Below are positions 25,938-37,498 of a stretch of 64,000 nt of DNA, piece by piece. This stretch comes from Lama guanicoe. Taxonomy: Eukaryota. The DNA lies in the NCBI GenBank assembly GCA_013239625.1, contig MU055574.1, positions 26,197,373-26,261,372 on the forward strand, given 5' to 3'. Position 1 is the first letter of the stretch; each line of letters opens with the position of its first letter. The notes under the pieces are model-generated. The model was not told the origin of the DNA. It did no database searches and was given only the letters and a program-made list of their open reading frames with translations. Made by a program: the position numbers and the translations under genes.

Positions 25938-26993
25938 CTTGTCAAACAGAGAATAACATCATGTTGGGACCCGTGTCCGAGGTTTCACTGAACTCAGACG
26001 GCAGACCAGACGGAACCCAGCTCTGACCTCCTGTCCAGCGCTGAGACGATCACAGAAACGCACCCCTGGGAACCTGGCTTTGCGGGGGGGAGGGCCTGGA
26101 CAGAGACGCTAAGTCACTGCAGTTCAAACGTTAGGAACACTTCCACTTAAGGACGGCATCCAGATGGACACGTGTGTGGGTACCTGGCATGACTCCCCGC
26201 CTAGCGGAGCTCACGCCCTCCGGGGGAAGACGGGCAGGACTGACTGTCACAGGGCGAGGAGAGAAGCGGCAGGTCTGCTGTGATGGGCGTCACTGGTAGA
26301 ACCTACTCGGATTTGTAGAAAACGGAATCCCGCCCCCTCCCGGTCTGTAAGTGAATTGGCTGCCTCAGTTCATCAGTGCACAGCGCTGGCCGACTCGGCT
26401 CAGAGAACCTCGGAGCCTCCGGCAGACGGGAAGCCAAGCCAGGAAAGGCCAGAGTTAGCAGGACCTGCTAACGGTGCAGGAGTGAGAACGAGGGAACCTA
26501 GGCCGCTGTTTCCGGACCCCAGGACCCGGTGAACGTGGGGAGGAAGGCGGCTGAGGGCGTGGGGCTGGGCTGGCTTCAGCACGTGCTGCTTTGAGACGCC
26601 CGTGTGCTAGCCGAGACATCATCAGAGGCGGTGCACGGTGTACCTTTGGAAATCACTGGTATTAGTGAAAATAGAGATTCCACAGTGCAAGTCAGAACCA
26701 GGCCTTTTAACTCCCTTCAATTTGTTTTGTGCCCATCTGACAAACTATTTTAAGTAAAATTAACGTTATAGTAAAATTATGCAGGAATCAAACTTTAATG
26801 CACACGGTGCCCTGAAAAATCATTGAAAGTTTAAAAACCATTTCAGTAAAAATAAAGCAATCATGTTTACAGAATGAATATTGTTACTGTTAAAGTAAAA
26901 ATGACAGAGTTTCTTGACATTTGATGCCAGGTTTGCCAACAAAGAAAAGAACAGGAAAAGAGTAAAGAACACTTGTCTAACAGGACAGCCTAC

Positions 26994-27462
26994 ATCCAGC
27001 CCATCTTTGACACAGAAGAAAATCTTAATATCAGTATTTTCTATGCTGGAGACGACGATTTTGAAATAAAGTTCTGAGACACGGAAATCGCTTTATGGCC
27101 TTTACAGTTTTCCAGATGCCTTATGAAATCCGAAAATTAGATGCATTAAGACATTCTGCCAGCACGTAAAACGTGTTTACACTGAAGCTATGTTGAACAT
27201 GGCAAGAAGGAGATGATGGGGAACCGGTGTTTGAGAATCTAGAGACTTCAGGCTTTTTGTAAAATCGGATAATGCCCGTTAGTGCGCTCTGACACTTTCG
27301 CAGCAGCCATTTATTGGATTTTTTTCTAAATAATTTCGAATCTCTCAGGACGCACACAACGATGCCAATTTCATTTGCTAGTGGAAAGTGTGGCTTCTCA
27401 AAATTTACTTAAAACTTCTTGTGGTCCCCAGTGTCATCAAAAACACCGTCAAATCAAGTGAC
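26994..27462 (-). pseudogene. Exon: VT*FDGVFDDTGDHKKF*VNFEKPHFPLANEIGIVVCVLRDSKLFRKKSNKWLLRKCQSALTGIIRFYKKPEV..., then a frameshift to ...IKIFFCVKDGLD
   Basis: Acceptor ttttacaacag| and donor gat|gtaggc; near-open frame in AT-rich DNA. Confidence 0.6.
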
Positions 27463-27703
27463 CTGTTGTAAAATGCAATTTTGAAGCAGGTAAGTAGTGA
27501 AATGCATTTTTAACATTTTCTCAGCCAGAGCAAGACATGTTTTTATAACAATATTATATCCTGGTGACATAGAGCCTCTAATTATTTGATTAAAAATTAA
27601 AATTTTCTTTATTTCCTAATTGAATTTGTACATGTTACATAGACTGCCTTTATGTATTACAGTTGTTGAGAAAGAAATAATACACTAACATAACAAGGTT
27701 TAC

Positions 27704-27804
27704 TAAGGCAGGGTGTTGCCTTTTAAAATTCCCACAGAGGTATGCGCCGGTCATTTCCTTGAAATAGACAAGATTATAATCTGAATCAGAAGGATTAAAA
27801 TGAA
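27704..27804 (-). pseudogene. Exon, phase 1->0: HFNPSDSDYNLVYFKEMTGAYLCGNFKRQHPAL
   Basis: Acceptor ttcttggtcag| and donor |gtaaac; open and in phase with the 27462 exon. Confidence 0.55.
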
Positions 27805-27989
27805 CTGACCAAGAATTTAAAATAATTATGGTAAACACCATGTAAGCAAATAAAGAAGACTTATCAGTATGAAATAAAGCCAAGAAACCATAAAAGGGAC
27901 CAAGTGGGAATACGAGGCATGAAAAACGCAGCGTCTGCAGCGAGAACATCGCAGGTCCGCAGGCAGGAGCTGCACCGAGCTCGGGGGAG

Positions 27990-28680
27990 GGCCCCCCTCG
28001 GGGTGATGCCCAGCACCAGCTGGGGCCTGCCGAGCGGCTCAGTCTGGCGCCATCTACTGGAGATGACACCAATTGCAAGTCCGGTCATCTGTGAGCGACT
28101 GTAGATCCAAGGTGCCCAGGACCCCTTTACAAGCTCTATTAATTTGCTTGAGTAGCTCCCAGTTCTCAGGAAACCAGTTAAGCTGGTTCGACCAGTTAAC
28201 CTAGGAAACTCACTAGATTACTGGTTTATTAAGAAAGGATATAACTCAGGAACAGCCAGATGGAAGGGCAAGGCGTGGGGAACGGTGCAGAGCTTCCGTG
28301 CTCCCCAGGCGCGCCCCCCCCACCACTTCCCCGGCTTCACCAACCCGGAAGCTCTCCAAGCCCCACCCTTCGGGGCTTTAAGGAGGGTTCACTGCACAGG
28401 CACGACTGATACATCCTTGGCCATTGGTAACTGAGCTCGGTCTCCAGCCCCTCTCCCCTCCCTGGGGGTCAGGGAGGTGGGACTGAAGGTTCCAACCCTC
28501 TAATCACGTGGCTGGTCCTCCTGGCCACCAGCCCACATCTGGAGAAGCTTCCAAAAGTCATCTCAGCCACACGACAAGACAGCTTTCTGGTTTGTCACCT
28601 CGGAAATTCCCAGTTTCAGGAGTCGGTGCCCGGAACTGGAAGAAGGCCAAATACATACTTTTTACAGTAAATCCCACCAT
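27990..28680. mobile_element. MER21-family LTR
   Basis: ggtttattaagaaaggatataactcaggaacagccagatggaag...caccaacccggaagctctcc...ctgaaggttccaaccctctaatcac motifs. Confidence 0.85.
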
Positions 28681-30124
28681 CCGGGGTGGGTGCCCACAGG
28701 ATGGGGGAGAAAGCAGGGGTCAGGTGGAGGCAGCCCTCGGGAGTCTGCGAGAAGGTGCAGAAGTGAAAGCCGCACTTAGGCAAGTAAAGAGATGCTGAGG
28801 GGAGAGTCAAATCATCAGTTACAGCAACCTGTTGGTGCTGGGTTCTAGGAATCCCCAGAAAGAGCTTTGAAAAAAAAGTGAACTATTTGGGGGAAAAAAA
28901 AAGAGCTGAGAGCCTATGGTTTGACGCCAGAGGGTGAAGAGCAGAGAAGCCTTGGTCTGAGCCTTGTCTGCACACATCCCAGTGGAGCCAGAGCAGAGCC
29001 AGGGCTAGAGATGTTCCAGGGAGACGGGGTGCTCGTGGGACAGCTCAGACAGATGGCGGGTGGTTTCAAAGGGGCTGGCAGAACGGGGGGATGTTCCAGA
29101 AAAGTGCTGAGGGTGAGGGCCCAGGATGTGCCAGATCCCCTCCCCCCGCCCAGGTGGTCATTTCAGCACATGGCCACTCCTGTCCCCATCCAGAGGAGCC
29201 CCACCCAGCCTCTCACAGGCGTCCCCAGCGCAGGCTGAGGAAGAGGGCACTGCCTGGGACACGTGGCCAGCATGGAGGAGACAGGGACAGTGGGCCGGGT
29301 CCTGCAGCTCCTGGTGCTCCAAGGTCCCTGAGCTCTGCCTCGGGGGCCTTGGCCAGGGCTGGAGTCTGTGGGCCTGTGACTTGGCACAGGAAGATGCCTC
29401 CAGCCCCGAAAGCACAGGTCTGACCCCAACACGTCCAGGCTTGTGTCCTCTCTGGACCTGTGTGCCACCTGGTGACCCACAGAGACCAGCTGGCGTCAGC
29501 CGAGTGAGGCTGGAGTGGCGATGGCCCTCGGCAGGCCCTGAGCTCCCGCTGCCCCCACGCCCACTCCTCCTGAAGGTGCCTCCCCATTTGCAGAAGCAAG
29601 CGAGCAAGTGTGGTGGCCGGCCCTGCAGCTGGGCGGTGGCTGAAGGGAGTGCTGCCCACGTCCCAGGTGTCGTCTGGGGCGGGATGGCCAGGGTGAGTCC
29701 TAGGACAGTGTCCGTGGATGGGGCGGGCTGTGCCCGGGAGCCGTGCAGCTCTGCCCTCAGCACCACCTGCTCTGCGCAGGCGCAGACCACTGACTGTCCT
29801 GACACCCATACTGGAGCTGTGGGCAGAGGAGCTCCAGGGCCCGCCTAGCCCAGGGTCTACACCCGGAGGTAGAGGACGGCCCCTCCTTTCAAGTGAAACC
29901 CGAGGTAGAAGTCCAGGTGTGGGCGCCCCCAGATCGGGCCTTACCGTCAGTGTGCGAAGCCCCAGGCCCCCGCCTCCCCCGCACACTTGCGTCACAGGCA
30001 GGAGTGGGGGGTACGGGCTGGTTCTCTTCAGACCTCTGGTCTCTCAGATGAACACACTCCGTAACTTGACCAGCATCACAGGATGAGCCGGAGCCCGTGG
30101 GAACCCCCTAGGCCGCTCAAAACC

Positions 30125-30265
30125 CGGATGCCAGGCCCACCCCTAGCGCGCCTGGTCCTGGGTCTGGGTTGGGCCCTAGGAGCAGCGTTTCCAATGAGCT
30201 CCCAGGTGACGCTGACACTTCCCGTCTGGGACCACGCCTGGGAGCACAGGGTTAGAGGCAGGCTC
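30125..30265. mobile_element. MER5A-like hAT-Charlie DNA transposon remnant
   Basis: ggtctgggttgggccctagg...gctcccaggtgacgctga...gggaccacgcctgggagcac. Confidence 0.7.
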
Positions 30266-30469
30266 AGAATGCGGTCCTCCGACCCCCTTGGCTGGGGCTC
30301 TCTGCTCACGGTACACAGCTAGTTTGATTCTGATAAACACAGATTCTGTCAATAAATGAATTCATATATCAAACAAAAGTTGAAACTTGAGTAGCCACTC
30401 GGCCTTGCTGACCTCACACTGTTTCAGAGGGTCTAGCAAACCCACCATCGTGGCCCTCAGCCTGGCATT

Positions 30470-30640
30470 ACTGAGGGCCTATGAGGCGTCGTGCCAAGAG
30501 CTTGGTACACGTCATCCTGTTTCTTCTGCACAAACCCTTGTTAAGCTGGTTTGTTATTGTCTCCATTTTCCAGATGAAGAGACAGAGGCAGATGCAGTTA
30601 GTATAATAGGGTACAGTGAGGAAGTAGTCGTCAGAGTTTA
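30470..30640. mobile_element. MIR SINE, followed by (GAT/GGT)n repeat at about 30690-30750
   Basis: Core ctccattttccagatgaagagacagaggcag. Similar MIR cores at about 15230-15310, 39240-39290, 46540-46700 and 60330-60540. Confidence 0.75.
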
Positions 30641-30821
30641 ACCCAAACTCCTCCACGCAGCAGGTTTTTGTTGGCCAAGTAGTTGATGTGACAGTGATGA
30701 TGGTGATGGTGGTGGTAGTGGTGATGATGGTGCTGGTGATTCTGGGGATGACATGATTTTGAAGTGGACACCGGTGACTGCAGTAAGACACTGTGTGCTC
30801 CTGGGTAAAAAGACTGCTTAC

Positions 30822-30944
30822 AGGTGCAAGAACATTACTGGGCCTTTCCCAAAGAAGGAAATATTAGGAGAGAAAAAGTCTGGATCACAAAGCAGCGCTC
30901 TCTTGAGCAGCTGGAATGTAAAGTTCTCGGCACAGTGATAAGCA
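30822..30944 (-). pseudogene. Exon, 123 bp, phase 2->2, open: AYHCAENFTFQLLKRALLCDPDFFSPNISFFGKGPVMFLH
   Basis: Strong acceptor tttgatttgtttacag| and donor |gtaagc. Confidence 0.7.
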
Positions 30945-31133
30945 CTGTAAACAAATCAAAGAACTCCGTCAGAGGGCACCTGTGAAATTCCTGAGCACTT
31001 GGCTTTGCTGGTGAGAGGCAGCCCAGACAGACAGACGGTCCTCCAGCAGCAGAGTGTTTATCCAGCCACTGCAAGCCGGGGTCCGCGGGCTGAAAGGCTG
31101 CTCTAACTGGGAGGGGCAGTTTCCTTGACTTAC

Positions 31134-31433
31134 ATAACAGATCAAGACGGTGCACATCTGGATCTTCTCAGCGCAGCCTCTCACAGGGGAGGAGACATTC
31201 CTGGGCTGCCGGAGAGTGCGGGGAAACAAGGTGGACGCCAAGCCTGGCCTGGAAAACGCCGTCAGAGGCTCTGCAGTAGCACACAGATCATCAGGCCCGA
31301 GAAAAGTAGAGGCGACGTTTAAAGCGCGTTCCCGTGAAATCGTGCGGAGATGTGGTTTTAGTCCTCAGAGAGAGGACAGATACTTATTTAACACGCGATG
31401 CAATTAAAAGTGGAAACTGATGTTACAGCAACG
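31134..31433 (-). pseudogene. Exon, 300 bp: ...LHRVLNKYLSSL*GLKPHLRTISRERALNVASTFLGPDDLC...
   Basis: Acceptor ttttctcaacactag| and donor |gtaagt; best frame has two stops; exact frame uncertain. Confidence 0.55.
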
Positions 31434-31786
31434 CTAGTGTTGAGAAAAAGTATAGACAGCAAAACGGTGGTCTATTTTCCAGGGTAGGGGAGGCAGCGGG
31501 TGCGCTGAGACAGGGCCTAAGAGACCGGACACCTCGAAGGGACCTGGCTCGTCAAGGCTCGGAGACCCAGCGCGCTGGCTCTTGGGGTAGCTCATTCTTT
31601 CAAAGCTGTTTCCTTTCTCTTGGTTCAGGCGCTCTGCAGGAGAGGGTGCGGGGTGTGGACACCAGGAGAAGGCTGCAGCCCAGCAGAGAGCAGCTGAGGC
31701 GCGAACTGCAGAAGGAATAGGGCTCCTGGCAGACGGACATGAACCAGAGAAGACTGTTGAAAGAAGTCCACATTGCTCGTGTGCCG

Positions 31787-31800
31787 CCAGCAGAGGGCGC
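31787..31800 (+). promoter_or_regulatory. CTCF binding motif CCAGCAGAGGGCGC
   Basis: Close match to the CCASYAGRKGGCRS core. Confidence 0.7.
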
Positions 31801-31939
31801 CCTGGACTCACCCAGCTCGGTGCCCTGGGCAATTTGCAACGTTAAAATACCATTCTGCTGTGTAGCCGGGCATTTGCAGTGCCGTGGTTCTCAGCTCAGT
31901 AGAATGCAGCCTTCGTTAGGATCCCGTTAAGTCCGTAAG

Positions 31940-32820
31940 GTGGCGCGGCCGGGGGAGGAGCGAGCCGGCCGGCGCCGCGCTGTGGGGCGCAGCCGCGGGG
32001 TGGGCGGGGCCGCGCGTCCCGTCGGCCGGACTCCCTCGCTTGCCTGCAGCACATCTTAGGGCCTTTTTCACGCGCTTGCATATTTAACTTGATTAAGATC
32101 GGACGGAATGTAGTTCCGTCTCGTGATTTCGTACACGCAGCTCTTTCGCAAGTACAAGCCCCTGTCCCTGCGTTTCTTATGAAGGCATTTTTCACAGACT
32201 GCACGGTGGTCCGGCAAACGCTGTGCGTGACGCGCGACTCGCGGGCTTGGGCGCCGGGAGACGCAGAGGGCGGCGCCCAGGCCAGGGCGCTGAGCGGGCT
32301 GCGGGCGGACCCCGGGCTGGGGGCAGAGGAGACGTGGGCCCCCGGGGGGGTCGTAGGCTGTGATGAGGACGTTGCTTTTTCTCGGAGTGAAGCGAGAAGC
32401 CACTGGGTTTTTAAAACCTTTCCCTCTTATTATCGAGACTCAGTGCGTATGCGTAAACAGCACCGGCTTCAGCGCGCAGTTGAGGCGGTGCCCGAGGGCC
32501 GCGGTGCGCGTCCGTCGCCGCTGACCCCAGGACTAGAGGCGCCGCCCCCCGCCCCGCGGGCCCCGCCCCCGGAGCCAGCCGCCGGCTTCCGCTTCCGCTG
32601 AGCCCCGCGGCGGCGCGGCTTCTCCGGAGACGCCGTGCGAGGGGAAGCCGCGCTGGGGCCTATCGCGGCCGCCTTCCTCACTGAGCTTGTTGTTTTCAGG
32701 GCGCGTCCCTGTCGCGGCAGGGGTCGGGACGCCGTCCCTCTTTATGGCTGAACAGCGTTGCGTCGTGCGAGCAGGCCGCGTTTAGCTTACTTGTTCGCCA
32801 GTCGATGTGCGCTCGGGGCG
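31940..32820. promoter_or_regulatory. Second CpG island with GC boxes and tandem CTTCCG (ETS/GABP-like) sites at about 32586-32597
   Basis: High CpG density; ccccgcccc boxes at 32540-32570; gcttccgcttccg. Confidence 0.7.
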
Positions 32821-33612
32821 TTTTGCCCTTTCCGAACAATGCTGCTCTGCGTGTCCATATGTAAGTTTTTATGTGAACGTATGTTTTAAACTCTTTTGGG
32901 TCAAAGAAAACCAGAGCCAGGAGGTAGTAAAGTGGAAACAGCAGATCTTAGTCAGGAGTTACTGCAACAGGAGAAAGGAGCCCTCGGTGCGGGACCAGGC
33001 CCAGTTCTGGGACAAGCGGGGTTTATAGGCACGGAGCTGGGAGGAGCAGAGGGGTGGTGGGTGGACGGGAAACTATTAAGAGGAAACCTCAGGGTAAGGG
33101 GTTTTCTGGCCGAACCAACTGACTGGACTCCTGCTGGAGGCAGGCCACGTGGTCGATGTCCTCTGGGGCGGGGGGACACGAGGGGTCTGGTCGGACATGA
33201 GAGCGGGGGCTTCTGGTTCAGTGGACTTAGGGTTCTTGCTGAACCGGGCCCTGAGCGCTTGCCCGAGGACGGGGCGGGGCCGGCTCGGAGGGCCCATCTG
33301 GAGTCCAGCGTCTGGTCCAGGAGAGGGGCTTTGCTGGTCCCTGGGACCAGAAGTGCGGGGTCACGTGGCCACCCTGGGGCAACCTTGTGAAGAGCTATTG
33401 GACTTTCTTCCTCAGGGGCTGCTCTGTTTTGTGTTCCCACCAGCAGGGTAGGAGGGCGCCTTCTCTCCACGTACTCATCAACTCCTGTATTTTCCATGTT
33501 TTTGATTCTGGCCATCCTGTGGTGTGACGTGGCCTCCTGTGGTTTTGCTTTGTGTCCCTGATGACTGAGGTATTCGACCATCTTTCCACGGGCCTAGTGG
33601 TCACTCGTCTCT
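32720..33612 (-). mobile_element. Old L1 (end of ORF2) fragment split by a nested LTR
   Basis: ctttatggctgaacag...tgtgaacgtatgtttt, resuming after about 33335 with ttcccaccagcag...ggccatcct...tccctgatgactgagg. Confidence 0.75.
32898..33335. mobile_element. ERV1-type solo LTR nested in the L1 fragment
   Basis: gtcaaagaaaaccagagccagg...ttactgcaacagg...ctggccgaaccaactgac; interrupts L1 colinearity. Confidence 0.6.
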
Positions 33613-33874
33613 CTTAGAGAAACCTCCGTTCAAGTAACCACTGGACTAAAAAGCCTTTCAGTGTAATGTACAAAGAGAACACAAATTCTGCGTGCGCCTG
33701 CGTGACTTCGCGAAGTGAACGCACTTGTGCGACCAGCACCCCCGCAGAGCTGGACCGGGCGGCACCACGGGAGCGCCCTGCTGGCCCGCTGGCCGCTGGC
33801 CTTGAGGGGCATGACGGGTCCGCTCTTCTCTTTGGAAAGCGTCAAGCTGGCCTCACGTGGGGAACGGCCTTTAC

Positions 33875-34107
33875 AAACGGCCCCTTGGAGAACGCGTTTG
33901 TAAATAAATCTTGGACTGCATTTCTCCGCGTCCCCTCAGGAGGGCATCCTGGAGCGGGCGTCGCAGGTCGAATGGAACGCGTGTTTCAAAGCCCTCCTGA
34001 CGTGCAGCCACATCAGTCATCTCCTTGCTTTCCCAGCAAAACGTCACGCGGCTCAGAGTCCAGGGCCAGGCAGACACCCAGGTGGAACGTGACTGAAGGC
34101 GGGAAGG
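33875..34107 (-). pseudogene. Exon, 233 bp, open in phase 0: ...FETRVPFDLRRPLQDALLRGRGEMQSKIYLQ
   Basis: Acceptor ccttttttgaaaag| and donor |gtaaag. Confidence 0.5.
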
Positions 34108-34570
34108 CTTTTCAAAAAAGGAAATGGTGAGACAGTGGCTCCTGGCGGCGGGAGAGTCATGGAGTGAGGAGTGAGGGACGACAGCCGGGAGGGCGGGCAG
34201 CAGGCTCGACTCTCCCCAGCGGCCCTGCTGGGGAGCCACTCCGGAACCGCAGCCTGGAGGGAGAATGAGGCGGGTGGGCGTCCTCAGGAACTGGGACTTG
34301 GAAGACCCCAAACCCAGCAGAAAGCCAGCAGGCGTCTTGGTGGGCTAGGGTTGGCATCAGAGAGTGGACCTGTGATGACGGCGGCCGGGTGGGGGCCCCC
34401 CAGCACCCCCGCGGCCGGGGGCTGTCCAGGGCCGGGGCCCAGGCTGCGGGGCATCTGAAGCTCAGCCCTGCCCTGCCGGCCGCGCTGGGAAGGGCTGTAG
34501 CCCTGAACCCACGAAGAAAAGCGCAGTTGTCTTGGGGAAAGGAGAGCGGAACCCCTGCCGCCTCGTTCAC

Positions 34571-34876
34571 CTGTGCACCCACGTCCTGGAACACGTGGCG
34601 CCTGAGCACGGCCTCCCAGGACAGCCTCGCAGCCATGCCCATCCCTGAGGCCTCCCGGTCCCCACGCTCTCCAGCTGGGCCTGGTCTCTGGTGCAGGTCT
34701 GTCCACGGCGGTTTCGCCGTGTGGCCCAGGGCTAGGCTCCAACGGCTTCATCCTGCACCTTCTTATCCCAGTATGGCCAAGTGGTTATCAGATACTTTTT
34801 TAAGAAATGCAAGAAGTGTCAACTCGATGGCAGACTCGTGTCGAATGTGTAATCTGAACACGAGCTGAGGCTCACG
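34571..34876 (-). pseudogene. Exon, 306 bp: (G)VSLSSCSDYTFDTSLPSS*HFLHFLKKYLITTWPYWDKKVQDE...
   Basis: Acceptor cgtctctgcag| and donor cag|gtgaac; phase-2 start matches the 35112 exon. Confidence 0.6.
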
Positions 34877-35111
34877 CTGCAGAGACGAGAGCGGGGAAGC
34901 ACTCCCATGCCACGGCCTCTGCGAGGCCCATCCCTCACCTCCCGTCTGCTGATTGGATGGCTCAGCTCACGCCATCCCACAGAGCATCCTACACCCTTCC
35001 GTGCGCTGGAGGCCTGGGTTAAACAGAACAGCGAGCGGTGGTCTAGGGACTATCTGACAACCTGCGGTTGCCTTGAAGATTGAGCGAAAATGTCAAAGGA
35101 AGTTAACCTAC

Positions 35112-35167
35112 CCCTTGTCGCCCCAAATGTAAGCCCACTGAGGACGGCTCGGCAGCCTTTTAGGAAC
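35112..35167 (-). pseudogene. Exon, 56 bp, phase 0->2: VPKRLPSRPQWAYIWGDKG
   Basis: Acceptor cccctcccagcag| and donor gg|gtaggt; phases fit both neighbours. Confidence 0.6.
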
Positions 35168-36587
35168 CTGCTGGGAGGGGCTTCACTGAGGACACGTCCC
35201 GGGCATCTAGAGAGGGTTAGCCATGCGAGGGCTCTGGGCGCTCGAGGGTGCAGGCTCCAGGAACGGGGGGCAGAAGGACACCCCAGGCTCCCTGGAAGCA
35301 CGTACGATGGTTGCCCCTGAGCAGAGCTGCCCCACGTAGACCAGATGGAGCTTTGCTGATCACAGGCAGGAAAACGCCGCGCCTGCTTTTCCCGCAGACG
35401 AAGGAGGTCTGACTCCCGAGACAAGATGTGGACCGTCCCCCAGCCCTGCTGCGCCGTGGGTACTAAACCGGTGTTCTCTGTGCTAACGAACACACATTTA
35501 TCAAGGGCCCGCTCTGTTCTGGGTGACGTGTTGGGCCCAGGACGGCGCAGCACAGCCGTCACCCTCAGGGCTCAGAGTCTAGCGGAGGGTGAGAGAAATG
35601 TGACCATATACGTTCTGAGGACGTGATGGAAACAGATGTCAAACGCTGTGCACGTGATGCGTGCTTTTCCACTTTCCACCCACATGAAGAGTGTATCGTG
35701 TTTCTTTCCTAGTCTCAAGGATCACTGGATTTTAAAACTGGAAACGATCTTGGAGGCCGTTCAGGCTGGTTCCTTCCTGCTGAGCCCAGGGCGGTGGGGG
35801 AGTGTGGACCACCTCGGGCCCCGGCTCCAGCCCGAGCCTGTGGGTGAGCTTCCTCCGGCGGCAGTAACAAAGCCCCACGAAGCCAGTGGCTCAGACATGT
35901 GGCTCGTGTGGATCGGGGATAAAACCCTAAGAGCCTCACACACTGAGAGGGACGGACGGACGGACTTGGAAATGCGGGGTGGGCTGTGCGCCGACGCTGC
36001 GGAGGGGTCTAGAATGAGCTTTCGGCCGTCTTCCCTGATGGGCAGCGGCAGGTGCATGTCTACCCGACCTGAGGGGGCATCCTCTGCATTCGGCTGGGCG
36101 TGCCTTCTGCAACTTTCCTCCCAGATGGATCGGTGGGTCAGGTCTGAAGCGTCTGTTGTTCCCTGACTCACACATAAAATGGGGCCGTCCCATCTCGGGC
36201 GCTTCCAGAAGTGTGTGACCCTAGGCCCACGTCTTGCTCGCTTTCTGCCTGTTTCCTCACCTGTACGATGAAGATAACCCAGGACCCCTCCCTTGACGCT
36301 ACGAGGCTGCGGTGTGGAGGGGCCCGGGAGCCATCGCGCGGAGTCTGGTCGGCAGCGTCGCCGCCGTCGCTGTCGCCACCCCCGGGGGCTCCGTCCCGGC
36401 AAAGGGGGAAGCTTGCTGGGGGGTTTGTTAATTGCAGGGTTTGGAACGATCTCTAAGGATGTTCAAGACACCTTGGTCTTACCAGTAGGTTAGAGGCGCC
36501 CTCCACTTGGTGCCGAGCGACTGAGGGCGTGGATATCTGCGAGTCTGTGCTTAGGTTTCACGCACGACTCGTGCTTACGTGACTCAC

Positions 36588-37498
36588 GGTTTTCTGTGTG
36601 TGACAAGGTTATTCAGCATCAAGTTCCTCGTGGATAACTTCACTTTTAATTGGGATCTCTGGTCCTTGGACATGGTGTTCAGACAGCATTGCAGTTGTGC
36701 GAAAGCTGTCTGAGCTCTGAGCCAGGCCCCTCCTTGTCCCACGGCCACTGAGATGTGTGGGGTTGTCACCTTCGCGCCTGTCACACCCTTGGTTCCCAAG
36801 AACAGAAGGTGATAAAGCTGTTGGGACCAGGATCATTCCTGCCTAGATTTTTCCTCTGAGCAAAACCTGCTTTTGATTTTGCCTTTTGTCTTGTTCTGCC
36901 TGTTTCCAGGAGGTGGCAGCCCGAGCCTGCAGATGACACCGTGGCCCGGGCTCCTGGGGGGCGCGGGGACGTCCGTGTCAGGTGAGGCCCCATTGCGCCT
37001 GTAACGCTGGGACCGTCCCCCAGCGCGGCCCGTAGGGGACGTTCCCTCAGCAGAGGGCTGGCATGCCTCGGGGGCTTTCTGTGCTAGTTATAAGGGGACG
37101 CTCTGTAACGTAGAAAATCTGTAGCTTCTCTGGTTTTTCAAAACTTTGCATCTCTCTTGCCAAGCTCGAAGCTGCAGAAAGAGAACGTTCCAGGTTCTAG
37201 GACCTCTCAGCACTCTGTACTCCGTGCTCCGACCCTGAGTGCAGCTGGCTCCGGCGAACTTTCAACAATAAAACCCAAAAAATACCAGAAGGAAAAGGAG
37301 AACGGATTAGTGATGTTGGGGAGGAGGAGTTTCCACCTGTTTGAACGGACAGCTTGCATGGCAGGAGGGAAACAAGGAGCCCTTTGGAATGAGGGTTCCT
37401 GGGGCTGGAGGGAGAGGCGCGTTGCTTTTCCAGATTTGCCGTTTTCAACTGCAGTTTGGTGTGCAAGCTTCCAGGCATTGGCTCCCCTTCTGCATGTA
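36588..37498 (-). pseudogene. Large low-complexity exon ending ...GPEIPIKSEVIHEELDAE*PCHTQKT (phase 0)
   Basis: Acceptor tttgtacaacag| and donor |gtgagt; long near-open stretches; internal frameshifts likely. Confidence 0.45.

Noticed and set aside
26931-27489. Plus-strand exon suggested by CAG|GTAAGT at 27489
   Set aside because: All three plus-strand frames have many stops, whereas the minus strand gives a near-open, phase-consistent exon.
28821-30107. Extra small fossil exons at about 28821-28863 and 30034-30107
   Set aside because: Plausible (the second would resolve a phase 2->1 mismatch), but splice signals or frame are too weak to list as features.
34765-34850. Plus-strand peptide QYGQVVIRYFFKKCKKCQ resembling an RTP-type zinc finger
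   Set aside because: Short and isolated, lacks the rest of the motif, and is antisense to a better-supported exon.
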